NCBI GenBank assembly: GCA_905178155.1
Contig: CAJINV010000008.1
Location: forward strand, 2,108,001 to 2,172,000
DNA: 64,000 nucleotides
Direction of reading: 5' to 3'
DNA from: Amoebophrya sp. A120
Taxonomy: Eukaryota > Protista > Dinoflagellata
The notes below the pieces were generated by a model that saw only the letters and a program-made list of their open reading frames with translations, was not told the DNA's origin and searched no databases. Positions 1 through 12,470 of this stretch are shown piece by piece (position 1 is the first letter of the stretch; every line of letters begins with the position of its first letter). The position numbers and the translations under genes were made by a program.

Positions 1-970
1 CGTGCTATGACTTACGTACAAAAAGTAAGAAACACAAAAACAAAAGTCACCCCTTCTTACCAAAGAGTAAAACTGTCACGGCTCGTCTTTATGTATACCC
101 CTCGTTTCGCGCCGTACAGAATCAAAAACTTTCCCCCTTTGATAGTACCCGGAAGTTTAGAAATACCCCGTTTTGTTCGCAATTCCTCTTGTGTTGTTTC
201 TCCAGCCTGAGCCAAAAAAATGCTTAGCCAGTTCGTATTTTTTTTTTATCAGAGTCACGTGGAATCCGAATCCACGCGACCAGCCTTAGCAAACACAAAC
301 ACTTTCTACTATGCGCTTTTTTGTTGATTGTATGCATCGCTACGCCGCATTTTCGGAACAGGCGACGACACCAGCCAGAGTATTTCGCATTCTTCATGAG
401 GAGAATTTTTGAGGTTCTTTGATTGATCGGACCAAATTTTCAGTACGGGGGTGTCGAGTCGTCTTCGAACGTTTATCAAGTCATCGGAAAATGGAAATGC
501 GTCTCTGCAGTTCTTCCTGCTTCGGAAGCTAAGCGGAAGAAGGATGCAGGAGTTGCATATTTTTGAATTTGCCATGTCAGATACATGTTGAATCCGGCAT
601 CGTGCGCGTCGTTTCATAATGGTTTTTCGTACACTTCCCTGCGATGGATGGTCGTCAATCAGTTGACTTTTGACTTTTCGTGCAGCACAGAACAAGTTCT
701 CGTCGTTGGAAACTCGTTTACAGCCCCTGATTCGTTCACAGCGACTGATCTGTCGATCCCCGCTTACGTTTTTTCTTTCGTGCTGAACAATAGAGTACCG
801 TAGAAACTGCTGAAATGTATAGTACCTAAAAAGAGACAAACAGAAGTATCGTCCACTTGTCGTCCTCGTGCGCACTATCATGATCTAAAGTCGATGCTAG
901 GGGCTACCTATTTTGGCTCTGGGAAAAGTAATACGCCTTTGCGCAGGACCATAATATCGTTTCCGCTTAA

Positions 971-1851
971 GAGGCTGTGCAACAATTGGACCCCCTTTCG
1001 CCAAGGCGAAAGGGGGGGGGGTAGGTTGGTCCAATTCCGGAGGACGGGAGCGGGCACCCCGACGCAAGGGTGAAAGGCGCGCCCGGCGGTCTCGCCTCAC
1101 AACAGACAGTCGAACGCCCGGCGGCTCTTCTTCGTGTGGCGCCTTCGCAAGAGGCGGCTAGTTGTTGGTTGGCAGTAGGCGCACAGGCGTACTACGCAAC
1201 GAGGCCGAAGCCAAATGCCTGCGATCTATGGGCGCGCTCCGAACCCGGCGCGCTGTAACATGTGGGCGCGCGCAGGACCAGGAGGGCGCGCGCCCGCGCT
1301 GTTTTTTTTCGCATTCCGAGCAGGAAGTCGCATCGGGCCGATTGTGGGCGCCCCAGCCATGTGTTGGCCCCGGGCTCCACGTGCTGCTCGGGGGTGCTTG
1401 ACAAGTCGGCGGGCGCACGGAGTGCGCCCGAAGTTTTTTTTTGCCTCTTGTTGTGAGGCGCTGGCGGAGGGGAGGGAGGCATGCGCGCGCTGTCAGGGCC
1501 GGCGACTACAGATGTGCGCAGGCATGTTGCAGGGCGATGCGAATGTAGCCGCACCGGGCGCGCGCAGCGCGCCCCGCAAAATTTTGCACATTACGCGCGC
1601 GCAGGGCCGACAAATAAAAGGAACACAGCAGGGGGCGCGCGCAGCGCGAATTTTTTTTCAATTCTGGCAGCACGAGGACGAGCACAGGACGCAACTCAAG
1701 GCCCGCTCGCAGCGGGCACGCGCCCCGCAATTTTCTTTACTGCGCACGGCTCCCGGCGAAAGGGGGGGGGGGAGGGGGGAGGTTGGTCCCCAGCGGGCCG
1801 CTACCCCCCCTTTCGCCATGGCGAAAGGGGGTCCAATTGTCGCACAGCCTC
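971..1851. mobile_element. Non-autonomous TIR element (MITE), PIF/Harbinger-like, TAA target-site duplication
   Basis: ~48-bp TIRs GAGGCTGTGCAACAATTGGACCCCCTTTCGCC.. (971) and ..GGCGAAAGGGGGTCCAATTGTCGCACAGCCTC (1851); TAA at 968-970 and 1852-1854; GC-rich non-coding interior. Confidence 0.85.
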
Positions 1852-2113
1852 TAAGGTTTGTATTTGTTGCGGTAGTTTTGTGTCTGAAAAAGATGCGCTG
1901 CACATTGATAAACAATGGCAAAATTATCACTATACACAGAGGCAAGCAAAAGCTTTGCTTAAGCAGGGAGCCCCTTGCAATGTTTTCCCTTGATGGGACT
2001 TAAATACGTCCACCCTAGCGCTAGTAATTTTCACTTTCGTATTATCATTCTTTCATGAACTTCAAAAGAGTCCTATAGCAATCTATCACAGTTTAAGAAA
2101 AAAGCAAAAAGTA

Positions 2114-5100
2114 ATGGCTCGGGTTGTCAGGTCTTTCCTGAGTTCGTGCCTGCTTGATGTCTTTGCTCCAGTTTGCTTTTTGTCAACCGAGGCGTTCCTC
2201 CGGGTGAGAAAATCCAGAACCACGGCGTCCACGGCAGCTACAACAACCCAAGAAGACACGGGGGCCACTGAAGAGACAACGCGAATAAATGGTGGCGGGT
2301 CCTCCAGAGAGCGCTCCGTCGTGTCGACGTCCCTCGCCGGGCAAAAGACGTCTTTCTTACGGCGCGGCAGGACAAGGGTGCGGCAAGAAGACGACTTGGA
2401 ACTACAGGTGGAGAGGTACGTTGACGCACAGGACGCAGCTGGAGGTGCCTCGGCTGACCGAGATGAAACGGGCGGCTTGAACCTCGATGATTGCAGTCGT
2501 GCAAAGGACAACGGAATAACAGACTTACAGGAGGGGGCGAACAGTTTCTTGAGTTTTGACGAACAAGAAAGTGTTGATGCTAGGTCGTCAAGCAACCTTC
2601 TTCAGGAAAAGGAACGCCAGCTAGAGGAAATAGTTCTCGATGAAAAGGACGAGGGCCCCAGCAGCCAAAGTACTGCACAGAGCCGGCTTTCTTCCGGGCT
2701 AATCAATGTGGAGCAGGGTGGACACGAAAAATCTGGGAAGGGGAGACGAGGAAAGGCCACAACTGCTGCGAAGATTTCCAGCGAAATGCTACCGCGTAAG
2801 GACGCCGGGGCAGCGTCTTCGTTTTTGCTCCGCGGGAAGGCGAGGACGTCTGGGAAGAAGACGGCGCGAGCCTTATTGATGAAAAAGTCACAGTTATTTG
2901 GTGGAAGAACGAAAGTAGAGTCACGCTCACGTCCTACAGGGGGAACAATTTCCGTGAAACAGGGAAACACGCGTCTTCGTGCCCGTGCGCAGCATGACCA
3001 GGTGGACGAAGAGGAGAGTGATTCTGATGCAGGCACCAGCACAACAGGAGAAGCGGTGGACGAGGCGGAAGTGAGACAAGCCGTCGAGGACGAAGTCGTG
3101 GTACAACAACCTGGAGCAGAGCCTAGTATGCAAGAAGAAAAAGCCGGAGCCGCAATTGGAAGTGCAACTCTGCAGACAGAGATGAACAAGAACAAGAAGA
3201 AGGTCAGCAACAGCATGTATTCACTTCTGCGAGCGGCACAGTCTCCGCACACGCTTTACTCCGACAAAGGTCTGACCGCGGACGAGCACCGGCGCTTCAC
3301 GGTGGAGCAACTGGATCTGGTGGAGGAGAAAGTCAAAGAGCTGAAAAAAGTGATCGAAGAGAGTATTCTGCTGTCGGACGGCGCAACTGGCTGCCGGAAG
3401 TCGCGTCGGAACGGGGCCTCCTCTGCTGCCCTAAGCCAGAAGAAGGACCTGTTGCGTACGAGCGGCTCGCTGGTGCCGCGGTTTGGGGGCAGTTGCGACG
3501 CGGCGGGGAGTGGTAGTACTAGTAGTTCCCCCGGCTGCATTTCCCTCGGGAACGGCTGGGCGGCGGCCGGGAATACGCCGTCGGGGAAAGCGCTCGCAGG
3601 AGCAACACTTGCGGCCAACACCGCGGTTGGCGGCGACTTCGGAAAAGCGGCGTTTTCGGAAGGGGATGACTACTTCACCGCCCAGAGAACTGGTCGGACC
3701 GGCAGCTTCTTCCCGCGGATCCAAGCGCGGTGGGCTACCGACGGAATCCACTACAGCAGCACCGGGGCGCGCATCGACGGAAATGGAAGGATCCACCGGG
3801 ACGAGCTCTTCAACGGGGGGGCTGATGACGTCGATGTTGCCGCGGACCTGGAAGACGAGAAAAATTTTGACGATTGCGTCGCTGCCAAAGTTGGGCGCAT
3901 GCTCGTCGGCCAGTTCGGTTCTTCGGGAGCTCAACACGGTAGTTCTTTCGAACAGATTGTGGCGAATTCGCTGCTGCAGGGCGGGACCTCCAGTGCAGCA
4001 GCTGCAGCTCAAAATGGCGTTGATGAAGCTTCCGCAGTGCAGCTGCCCTATGTTGCGTACGCAAGCTTTGGGCTCGCTACCACCGGGAGAGTGGTAGAGT
4101 GGCCGCAAGTCGACGTCGTGCAGCGAACAACAGCACCCGGAAGCACATCGACAGCAGGAGCGGCCGCCCGGAACGAGCTGAGAGCGGAGCTGCGCACCCT
4201 GGACGCCCGTCATGCCCCCTGGTACGAGGGATCGACCCGGAAGCGTGTGGGCAAAAACGTGGTCCTTGCGGTGGACTTCTCCGGGTCGATGAGAAAGGAT
4301 GGCAAGTGGGACACGGTCATTGCCGCGGTCCAGCAACTGCTGGACACGTTGTCGCCCTACGATCGGTTTGCAATTTTTCAGTGGTATCAGCCGTTCGCGC
4401 ACACAGGCGGCGCGAACCTCGCTTCCCTGGAACTAGTCCCAGCCACGCGGAGAAACGTCAACCTCGCGAAAAATTGGATCAGAGAACGGAGGCAGTCCGG
4501 GTACTCGGAAACCAGCAGGGCGCCCGGCGCGGCGTTCACCGGACTCGCGCTGGCGTCGGGGCTGGGCATTTTTCCGGCCGACGCGCGGAGTCGGTACCCC
4601 AAGCTGGTCGCTCCGCAGCAAGACTGCATCCGCGACGAGGACTTCTGTGGGGCGATGGTGCTGCTGATTACGGACGCAGAAAAGACGGACACGAATGGGT
4701 TCGCGGACCTCGCGGACACGGCCGGGCTGCTGAAGGAACTCTTTCCCGCGCGGTGGGGGATTACCCTGGCCGCCTACGTGATCTCCCCACACAACGAGGT
4801 GGACAGCTGGAGCGCGTTCAAGCAACTACTGCAAGGAAAAATCCCTCCTCCCCATATTGAAAAGGTACGTTTCCGAAAATTTGCGTTGCTGATTTGAGGT
4901 CACAAATCACATCTGTCTTGCAAGAAGACAAGGGCAGAAGCTTCCGCCCCATTATGGAAGCGATTTGTCATGCTGCTGGGCCTAAAGGGGAGCCGTTTGC
5001 AATGCTGAACAACTAGACCCACACGCCCCTACCTAGGCTGGGGATCTGGCCGCAATGCCTTCCTGCAGTACACAGCTGATTTGTGTACACAAATCCAGCA

Positions 5101-8100
5101 TCAGAAATTCCGTTTTGATATGGGGAGGGGGGATTTTTCCTTACGATAGCAACTGTCCGAGAACCACGGCGGTTCGCCGGTGCTGCTGGACTACGAGCAC
5201 GGCGGCAGTGCTATCCCAGAGAAAAAAGCTGGCAGGGCATATTTGTAATGCAAAAATAAATACACAGAAAAATTTGTCATGGGTGGCCCCATAGCATGCT
5301 GTTTCGGATACGCAATGCAGTTTTTTTTGTGTATTTATTTTTGCATTACAAATTTGCCCTGCCAGCTTTTTTCTGTGTGATAAGTGCCGCCGCGTCGGAC
5401 ATGGCCACCACCATTCTCGGCTACCAGAAGACGGCGGAGCGAAGGCTGATGCAGCAGGAGAAGGACGCCGCGGGCGTCAAGTGGGTGCGGTACCACGATC
5501 CCTTCACCGGGAGGGAGCGGCTGTCCGCGTGCACCAAGCTGTTCTCGACGGGGCCTTACGCGGAGGAGGAGGCGGCGCTGCGGGAGCTGAAGCACTACGC
5601 GGTGTTCTGCCTCGACGCGGCGCTCATTCTGCGCGAGCCGTTTGACGCGCGGCTGCGGTGTCTGCCGTTCTTGAAGACCGAGGTGGGCACGAGGGCAGAG
5701 CAGGGCATCACCGCCGCCTGCCCGGCGTACGATTTTCGCGAGGAGCGCTGCGCCGCCAACAGCAGGTATGGGGACGGTATTTGGAAAACTCGACAACCGA
5801 AATTTGACTGGAGACTGTCGGACTTCGACGGAGGGGACGACGTTTTGTTCGGTCCCACGGTCAATTTTGAGTATTTTGCAGATCGAACCCAGTACCTGCA
5901 GAGTCTCAGCAATGCCGATGACATTAGTGGAGGTGCTTCAGCTGTTGACCTCTTCGGAAGTGTGCGAATGAAAGGCGGCTTCAACCCTTTCGAGCAAGAG
6001 GAGGGTTGCACCACAACGACGACGACCACCACGACAACTACCACGACGACTATCGCGACGACCACCACTACGACGTCCACAACGACCACAACTACAACCA
6101 CCACCACAACAACCACCACAACAACCACCACAACAACCACCACAACAACAACCACCACAACAACCACCACAACAACCACCACGACAACCACCACAACAAC
6201 CACCACAACAACCACCACAACAACCATCACAACAACCACCACAACAACCACCACAACAACCACCACAACTACAACCACAACTACAACCACCACCACATCA
6301 ACTAGAACCACAACCACGACAACAACCACGACAACTACAACTACTACGAGTACAACCACCTCTACAACCACGACGACAACAACCACCACGACTGCGGCGG
6401 CGTTTATTATTGTTGACCCGACCAGCGTTCCATCCACTTCTTCTACGACGACCACGACTACGGAAGGACTTCTGCTAGCTCCAATTATGCCTGCCCCTCT
6501 TGCCGAGGACGATTGCTCGTTCCCCTGGATAATGCTCCTCGCATTCCTCACGGGCCTGCTCTGCTGCGCCGGGGGCGCGATGCTGCTGCTCCCAAGCAGC
6601 GAGCAGGGAGAAGATGTGTCCGCCGCAGCGGCAGGGGGAGGTGCTGGTGGTCTTCCTTCGCAACATGACGACAACCCGCGTCCAGAGCGAGATGACATGG
6701 TGTCTGGTGGTGGCTTCGGAACACCGGTGGACACCGTTCTTGCGTCGGACAAGACAAGCGCGAGCAAAGACGTAGATAGCTACACTGCACCACCTCTCGA
6801 CGACGTTGCCGAGCAACAGTTTGCCGAAGAGGACACGGACTTTGAAGTGTCGGACTCCGCGTCTGCAATGTCCTCCTCTGCGATGTCTTCCTCTGAGCCA
6901 AGCAGTGCGCCCTCCGCGCTGGGAACAAAGAGGGGCAAGCGGAAAAATAAAGGGAAGACAAAGGTCGCCGGTTCGGGAAAATTGAAAAAAGCGAAGACGA
7001 AAGGGAAGGGACCGGCGCCGGAAGGTGCGTCGTCGAGTGAAACTGCGGACCACAGTACGCCGGCTCCTTCTGACACTGACGGGGCAACAAGTGCCTCCTC
7101 CTTGGACGCGCGAACAAGGGCGAAAGTGCAGAAGAACAGAGAGGACAGGAGAAAAATCAAAGCACAAGAAGCCGACGGCGCAGCAAGCGACACAAGTGGC
7201 GCAACGTCTGCCGGTGAGAGCGGGGCTAGTGACAGTTCCACTGGGCACATTGGTGCGAAGCGGAGGCGGGTCCTCAAGAGGAAGAAAAAGTGGGTGCCGA
7301 AGAAGCAAGGTGGCACAACAACGACCTTAGACGAAGATGGAGCATCCAGCAGGAAAATCGTCGCGGCAAATGGGGACGGCGCTGACCTGGGCAATCTCGC
7401 GGAATCCGTCGAGGCTGTCATGTTTCTTCCCGACGGTGGTGCGCACGAGGGAGCAACCTCAAGGCGCCAGCAGGCAGCAGCGGCCGGCGCCGAGGCCCAA
7501 CTGAAGGTCCCGCGGCGCGGTACCACGCCAGTGCCTCTGGACGAGTTGAAGAAAACGCAAATTCCGAAAAGTCCACGGGAGAAAAACAAATCCGCAAAGA
7601 TGCTCCAGAAAGCGGCTTCGAAAGCAAAAAGTGATCTTCCGCGCCAGAGAAAGGACCGAGGAAGAGGTGATCCTGGCGAGTCGTCTGAGCAAAGCGCGTC
7701 GGAACGAGAAGACGTTGCAGGTACAAAGAAGAAATCGGTGAAGCCAGCGGGGACGACTCAGAAAACGAAAACGGCAAACTTCTTCGGATCAAAAAAGGGG
7801 GCCAGTGCCGGCGCCACAGCAGCACCTCCGGGCGGTGGGGGGCCCGCAGGGATCGTCACGCCGGCCATCACGGAGGCGCAGGTGATAACCGGCGTGGAGC
7901 AAACCGACGCGGAGCGGCTTCTGCGAAAGGTAGGAATTGCGAAGAACTACGCGAAAAAGCTCGCGAGACGGCTGGCGGACCCGGAGGCTGACTTGTTGGA
8001 TCAAGCTGGTGGCGTGGCTCCTTCCACCGAAAAGAGCCCGCACGACGCGAGGGCGTACAAAAATTTCCGCAAAAAGGAACAAGAAGCGAAGAGGAAGAAC

Positions 8101-10857
8101 CAGCAGGAATTTGATGCGCTCACCGAAGGGGAGAAACAGACGCTGAAGAAGCTCGGGCTCGCACCCACAGACACCATTGGCCGCATGCGGGATGCGGTGG
8201 TGAAGCTGAAGAAGCAGAACAAGAAGGGAAAGCTACTTCCGTCGCCAGTCGTGAAGGCGCCGGTTGCTGCAAAGCATGGTCGCTTCGTGGTGCGCCCCAA
8301 CACCGTGTTGCTCCCGAGCAAAAACGAGGTGGAAAAATTGCTGATGGGAAAGATCGGGCTTTCCAAGCCCTACGCCAAGCGGGTCGCGCGCAGGCTGCAG
8401 AATCCTGATGTAGATACAATTGCCAAGCCGCAAGAAAATTCGAACGATGCGCGGGCCATGGAGTCCTTCGGCTTTTCGAAGCCGGATGTTGACGGCGACG
8501 ACGGCGCGACCGCCTCGTCCCCGGCGGAGCGGCTTCGCCTGTGGCTCAACCGGGCCGCAAGGGAAGAAAAGAAGAAGGCAAAGCAAAAAACTCCGATGAC
8601 GTTCGCCGCCACGGACGCAGCAGGCGCAGACACAACAAAACCCTCCAGCGAGACGGAAATCCCAAAGCCTCCAGACGTGGCGGAAGCCACACAAGCGTTC
8701 ATCAGCGCGGGGGTGGCCAAGAGGGCTGCGCGGAAGCTCGCCGAGCAGGTTGCCGACGCAGAGAAAACCGGCACTAGAAGTATTCCTTTGGCGCAGGAGT
8801 TTCTCAAGAAAAGGGGCGGCAGCAACACATCAGATGCTGAGGACGAAAGAGAAAAACAGCAGGCAATGCAACTCCTGTCCGCTCTTGGCCTGGAGAAAGA
8901 CACCTTTACTGCGGAAGACGCGGCGACTTTTGTCCGGCGGCAGTTGAAGGAGGAAAAGAGACAGGACCAGCTGGCCCTGATGACGTTACCCAAGCCCGTG
9001 ACCGAGCAGGCCCTGTTGACCACCGGGATGAGCGGGACGCTCGCGAACTGGCTGGCAACCCAGTGCGCGGACAAGCGCGTGGACAAAAGCGCCGACTTGA
9101 CCAGCGGCAAAGACATCGCAGCCGCGGACCTGCAACTTCTGAAACAGATGGGCCTGTTCGGCGAGACCGAGACCGTCGGTAATTTGCGCTGCTTTTTGCA
9201 CCAAAAACTGGAACAGAAATACGGCGTGGACGACGACACCGGGGAGCTGCAGATCGATCTGAAGAAGATGGAACTCTTAAACCTCGGTAACGCCGAGAAG
9301 GCGTTTAGTGCGCTGGGCTTCTCGAAGGCCGGGTCGAAGAAGCTCGCGAAAAAAGCAGTGGAGAATTCTGATAATTCCACCTCTACTGCTCCGGCCACCC
9401 AAGGAGCGCCGCAGGACTACTACGGCGCGACTGCGGACCACGAGATGAAGTTGAGTGCCGGGATGAAAACTAAATCTTCCGACTTCGACACCGTCGAGGA
9501 TATGGACGCGACGGATTTAACTCTGATGTCGACCCTGACGGGCATGGACACTGCCACAACCGAGAGGACCGCGGTGGTTGCCGGATTTGCCAAGCGGCAG
9601 ATCGCGCTTAAGACGAAGCGGGCCTCTCTCGATCTCTCCCCGGTGAAGGTCGTGGACGTCCAGCTGGGGAACGCCGAGCAAGTGCTGCTTGTGCAGGGTT
9701 TCGCGCCCAGGCTGGCGAAGAAACTGGCCAAGGCGGTCGTGAAGCACGCCGACGAGCAGGAGGATGAGTTTGAAAGTCAGGACGACAGTGCGAAGGACGA
9801 GATCTTCGGAGGTAGTGTTACGGCCCAAGCTACCATGGTATTAGACAAGGAGCAAGCGCTCACGAACCTGGCCGAGACGGAAGAGGAGAAGCGGCAGATC
9901 GAGGCGTTTTTACGGAATAAACGGACACCAGCTCCTGCACGCGGTCGGCCCGACGCAGAGGACACGTCGACCCTTCTTCAACATCCGGGAGATCAAACCG
10001 ACGAAGAGTTCTTGCCGCTGACCACGGGCGACTTGCTGGAGGATTTGCGGGAGAGAATCGAGGAAAAATTGGACGAGGAGGCTCCCGCGGAGTGCCACGA
10101 ACGCCTGCGGAACTCCCGGAAGAATCAGCAGTGCGCGTCGCTGGCCGCCAAGCTGGCCGCGGAGCAGGGGATCGAGCAGCCGGGCTCGAAACTCGAGCTG
10201 CTCCGAAGCAGCGCCACTCACGAGAATTCATCCCTCGGGGAACTGCAAAGGGAGCTCGCGAGAGCACGCCGGGGCAAGTTCCCCGGTGGAGGGGGTCCTC
10301 GTCCCAAGCAGCGACGCGGGCTGCTGGCGGGTATGTGCCCTTGTTTTTGCGGCGGGGCGGCCGCGGACGACGACGGGGACTATGCCTCAGACGAATCCTT
10401 CGAGCAAGTGCAAGAAACCCAACTGCTGCAGCACCCCCGGTCGTGGTCCCCGACGAGTGCACCACAAGAACCCGCGGCTGCGGGGGTAAGCGATGAACCT
10501 CCGCCTCCTGAAGGTATCGTCGTGGTGGCAGTTGATCCAGTTGTTGTACAACAACCTGGAGCTGCTGCTGACGAAGACGGGGAAATAAAGGGGGAAAGCA
10601 GCACCCCAGCTCCTGCAACCGCAACTGAAGAACAAATAGCGTACGTCAAGGAAGAGGATGCGTTCGGTGCCCAGAGCAGTCTGTCTAAAAGTGCATTCCT
10701 GCGCTTTCAAGCCGGGGCGGAGAAAGACCAGGAGAACGTCGAGCCCGGTTCTACCTCAAAGGTCGGAGTCGGAATTTTGCCTTCGGACCCTGTAATTCCG
10801 GCGCAGGAGCAGGCCACCACTCCTGATGTGTTGACCCCGCAGGGGTTTGAGATGTAG
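2114..10857 (+). CDS. Large type-I membrane protein: VWA + Cache-like (alpha2delta/CACHD1-like) ectodomain, poly-Thr mucin stalk, TM helix, cytoplasmic SAM-like repeats; exons 2114-4827, 5155-5211, 5388-10857
   Basis: LDARHAPWY..KNVVLAVDFSGSM (MIDAS DxSxS), LLITD, WVRYHDPFTG/AVFCLD Cache-like motifs; Thr tract; TM WIMLLAFLTGLLCCAGGAMLLL; removing two IR introns gives a continuous frame (AFKQL|SENHGG..GGSA|AASDM). Confidence 0.8.
4828..5154 (+). mobile_element. Non-canonical IR intron (introner)
   Basis: Direct repeat AGCAACT (4821-4827/5148-5154); IR ..AAGGAAAAATCCCTCCTCCCCATAT / ATATGGGGAGGGGGGATTTTTCCTT..; frame restored on removal. Confidence 0.8.
5212..5387 (+). mobile_element. Non-canonical IR intron (introner), family TATCMCASAGAAAAAAGCT
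   Basis: ~60-bp IR TATCCCAGAGAAAAAAGCTGGCAGGGC.. / ..GCCCTGCCAGCTTTTTTCTGTGTGATA; DR AGTGC; frame restored; relative at 63663. Confidence 0.9.
6010..6392 (+). repeat. Coding (ACN)n repeat encoding a poly-threonine mucin-like stalk
   Basis: ACA/ACC/ACG/ACT codon run giving >120 residues that are almost all Thr. Confidence 0.95.
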
Positions 10858-11799
10858 CATCCTGCATGGGACGATGAAAGTGTATTTTTAAGTTGCTACA
10901 CCAGCGCATTTGCTTTTTTTTTTCTTTTACGCGCGATGCAGAAATTGCAATGTATGAGCTTTTGACGACCGTGATTGACAAAGACAAATTTGTCAGTGTA
11001 GATTGATTGTGGAAGTGTACATACTGGCTTTCGCATTCTTGTACGATTGTTATTGTTTCATTTCTTCTTTACACGAGTAGAAGAACATCAATAAAAAGCT
11101 TTCAGCTTCGTGTCCCCTTATTTCTTTGCGATGTGCTGCCCCGCCTTGAACAATTTTTGTTTTTCATTATTAAGGTACCCGGACCCGAACCCCAATTTTG
11201 TAGAATAGACGTAGACCTGTGAAGACGACGCCTTTTTACCCGGCAGAGCAATCCCAAAGATCGCTAGGTAGTACACAGTTTGTATGTAAGTACCCGGTTC
11301 GAGGACAACCAGTGATTTTTGTTGCGATGCTCCAGCATGTGCATGATTGAACAAATGATGTTCGGAGCAACATGATCTGCTTCCGATCGTCCATTTGTTC
11401 TGCAGTCCCTTTTCTCGCCTTGCTTGCAAACAGAAGTTTGGCGTTGCTCATTTTCGACTCGTAAATCTTCGTACAACATCTTCCTTGACATATCGTTTGG
11501 TTCAGAACTGGTTCATTCGTCCAAATCGTCTGACTTCGTTGGTCGTTCAAATTCAACACAGTTTCCATGACTTGCAACCCTCTAATAGAATTGATAGCCG
11601 GAAAACTTCCCCGAAGACTTTCGACGGGTAGCAGCGCGAGAATTTCGCAAACGGGCCGCGAGTGGACGCGTGGGCCACAAGGGGCCCGCCTTCCGTCTGG
11701 GGCAGTTTCTTTTTGAGAAACAACCTGCCAACATTCCGTCCAACAACAGGGCGCAAGGCCCGTGCTTTCTGACTTCCGACAAATCTTCATCGTTGAAAA

Positions 11800-12470
11800 G
11801 TGAAAAGCTACGGACTTCTCACTGCGTTTCCACTGGTCTTCTAGAAAAGGAGTGAAAAGTCAGCGACTTCTTGTTTCTGAAGCATTTCCATTCTGGAAAA
11901 GTGAGAAATCGGTGATTTGTCACTTCTGAAAAGTTTTCATGTTGAAAAGCGAGAAGTCGCTCCGCTGACTTCTGAAAAGTTTTCATTTGGGAAAAGTGAG
12001 AAATCACTGACTTCTCACTCGGTTTCTCGAACAATCCGAGAAATGGAGTGGGAAAAATGTGACTTCTCACTTTGCAAGACTCTCACTCTGGTCGGAGTCG
12101 CGTTGACTCTTCCCAGAGTGAGAATTTTTCAAAAGTGAGAAATCAGTGATTTCTCACTACTTTTCTCGAAGGTACCCGAGCGCCAAATTTCTTCGGGGCT
12201 CGGGTACCTTCGAGAAAAGTAGTGAGAAATCACTGATTTCTCACTTTTGAAAAATTCTCACTCTGGAGTCGGACTCCAAAAAGGTTTCCAGCCGTCAAGA
12301 TTTCGCGAGAGTGAGAAATCACTGATTTCTCACTTTTGAAAAATTCTCACTCTGGAGTCGGACTCCAAAAAGGTTTCCAGCCGTCAAGATTTCGCGAGAG
12401 TGAGAAATCACTGATTTCTCACTTCTTTTCTCTAAGCCTTTCGGGATGTGTAGGCGACTTCCCACTCCGA
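11800..12470. repeat. Palindromic repeat array built on GTGAGAAATCACTGATTTCTCAC, with a 69-bp-arm hairpin and an ~88-bp tandem duplication
   Basis: Arms 12113-12181 and 12198-12266 are reverse complements (16-nt loop); ~12222-12309 is repeated at ~12310-12397. Confidence 0.85.

Noticed and set aside
254-290. Helitron 3' end (hairpin GTCACGTGGA..TCCACGCGAC)
   Set aside because: No clear CTRR terminus, and the 5' part lies outside the window
309-881. 190-aa minus-strand ORF
   Set aside because: No recognisable motif; cannot be supported as a gene
1070-2003. Overlapping GC-rich ORFs as a transposase
   Set aside because: No DDE or Myb motifs; spurious ORFs within the MITE
5296-5387. Signal-peptide-like N-terminus of the 1853-aa ORF
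   Set aside because: It is the translated right TIR of the introner 5212-5387
5595-6767. Minus-strand poly-Val ORF and other long antisense ORFs
   Set aside because: Shadows of the + strand Thr repeat and GC-rich coding sequence
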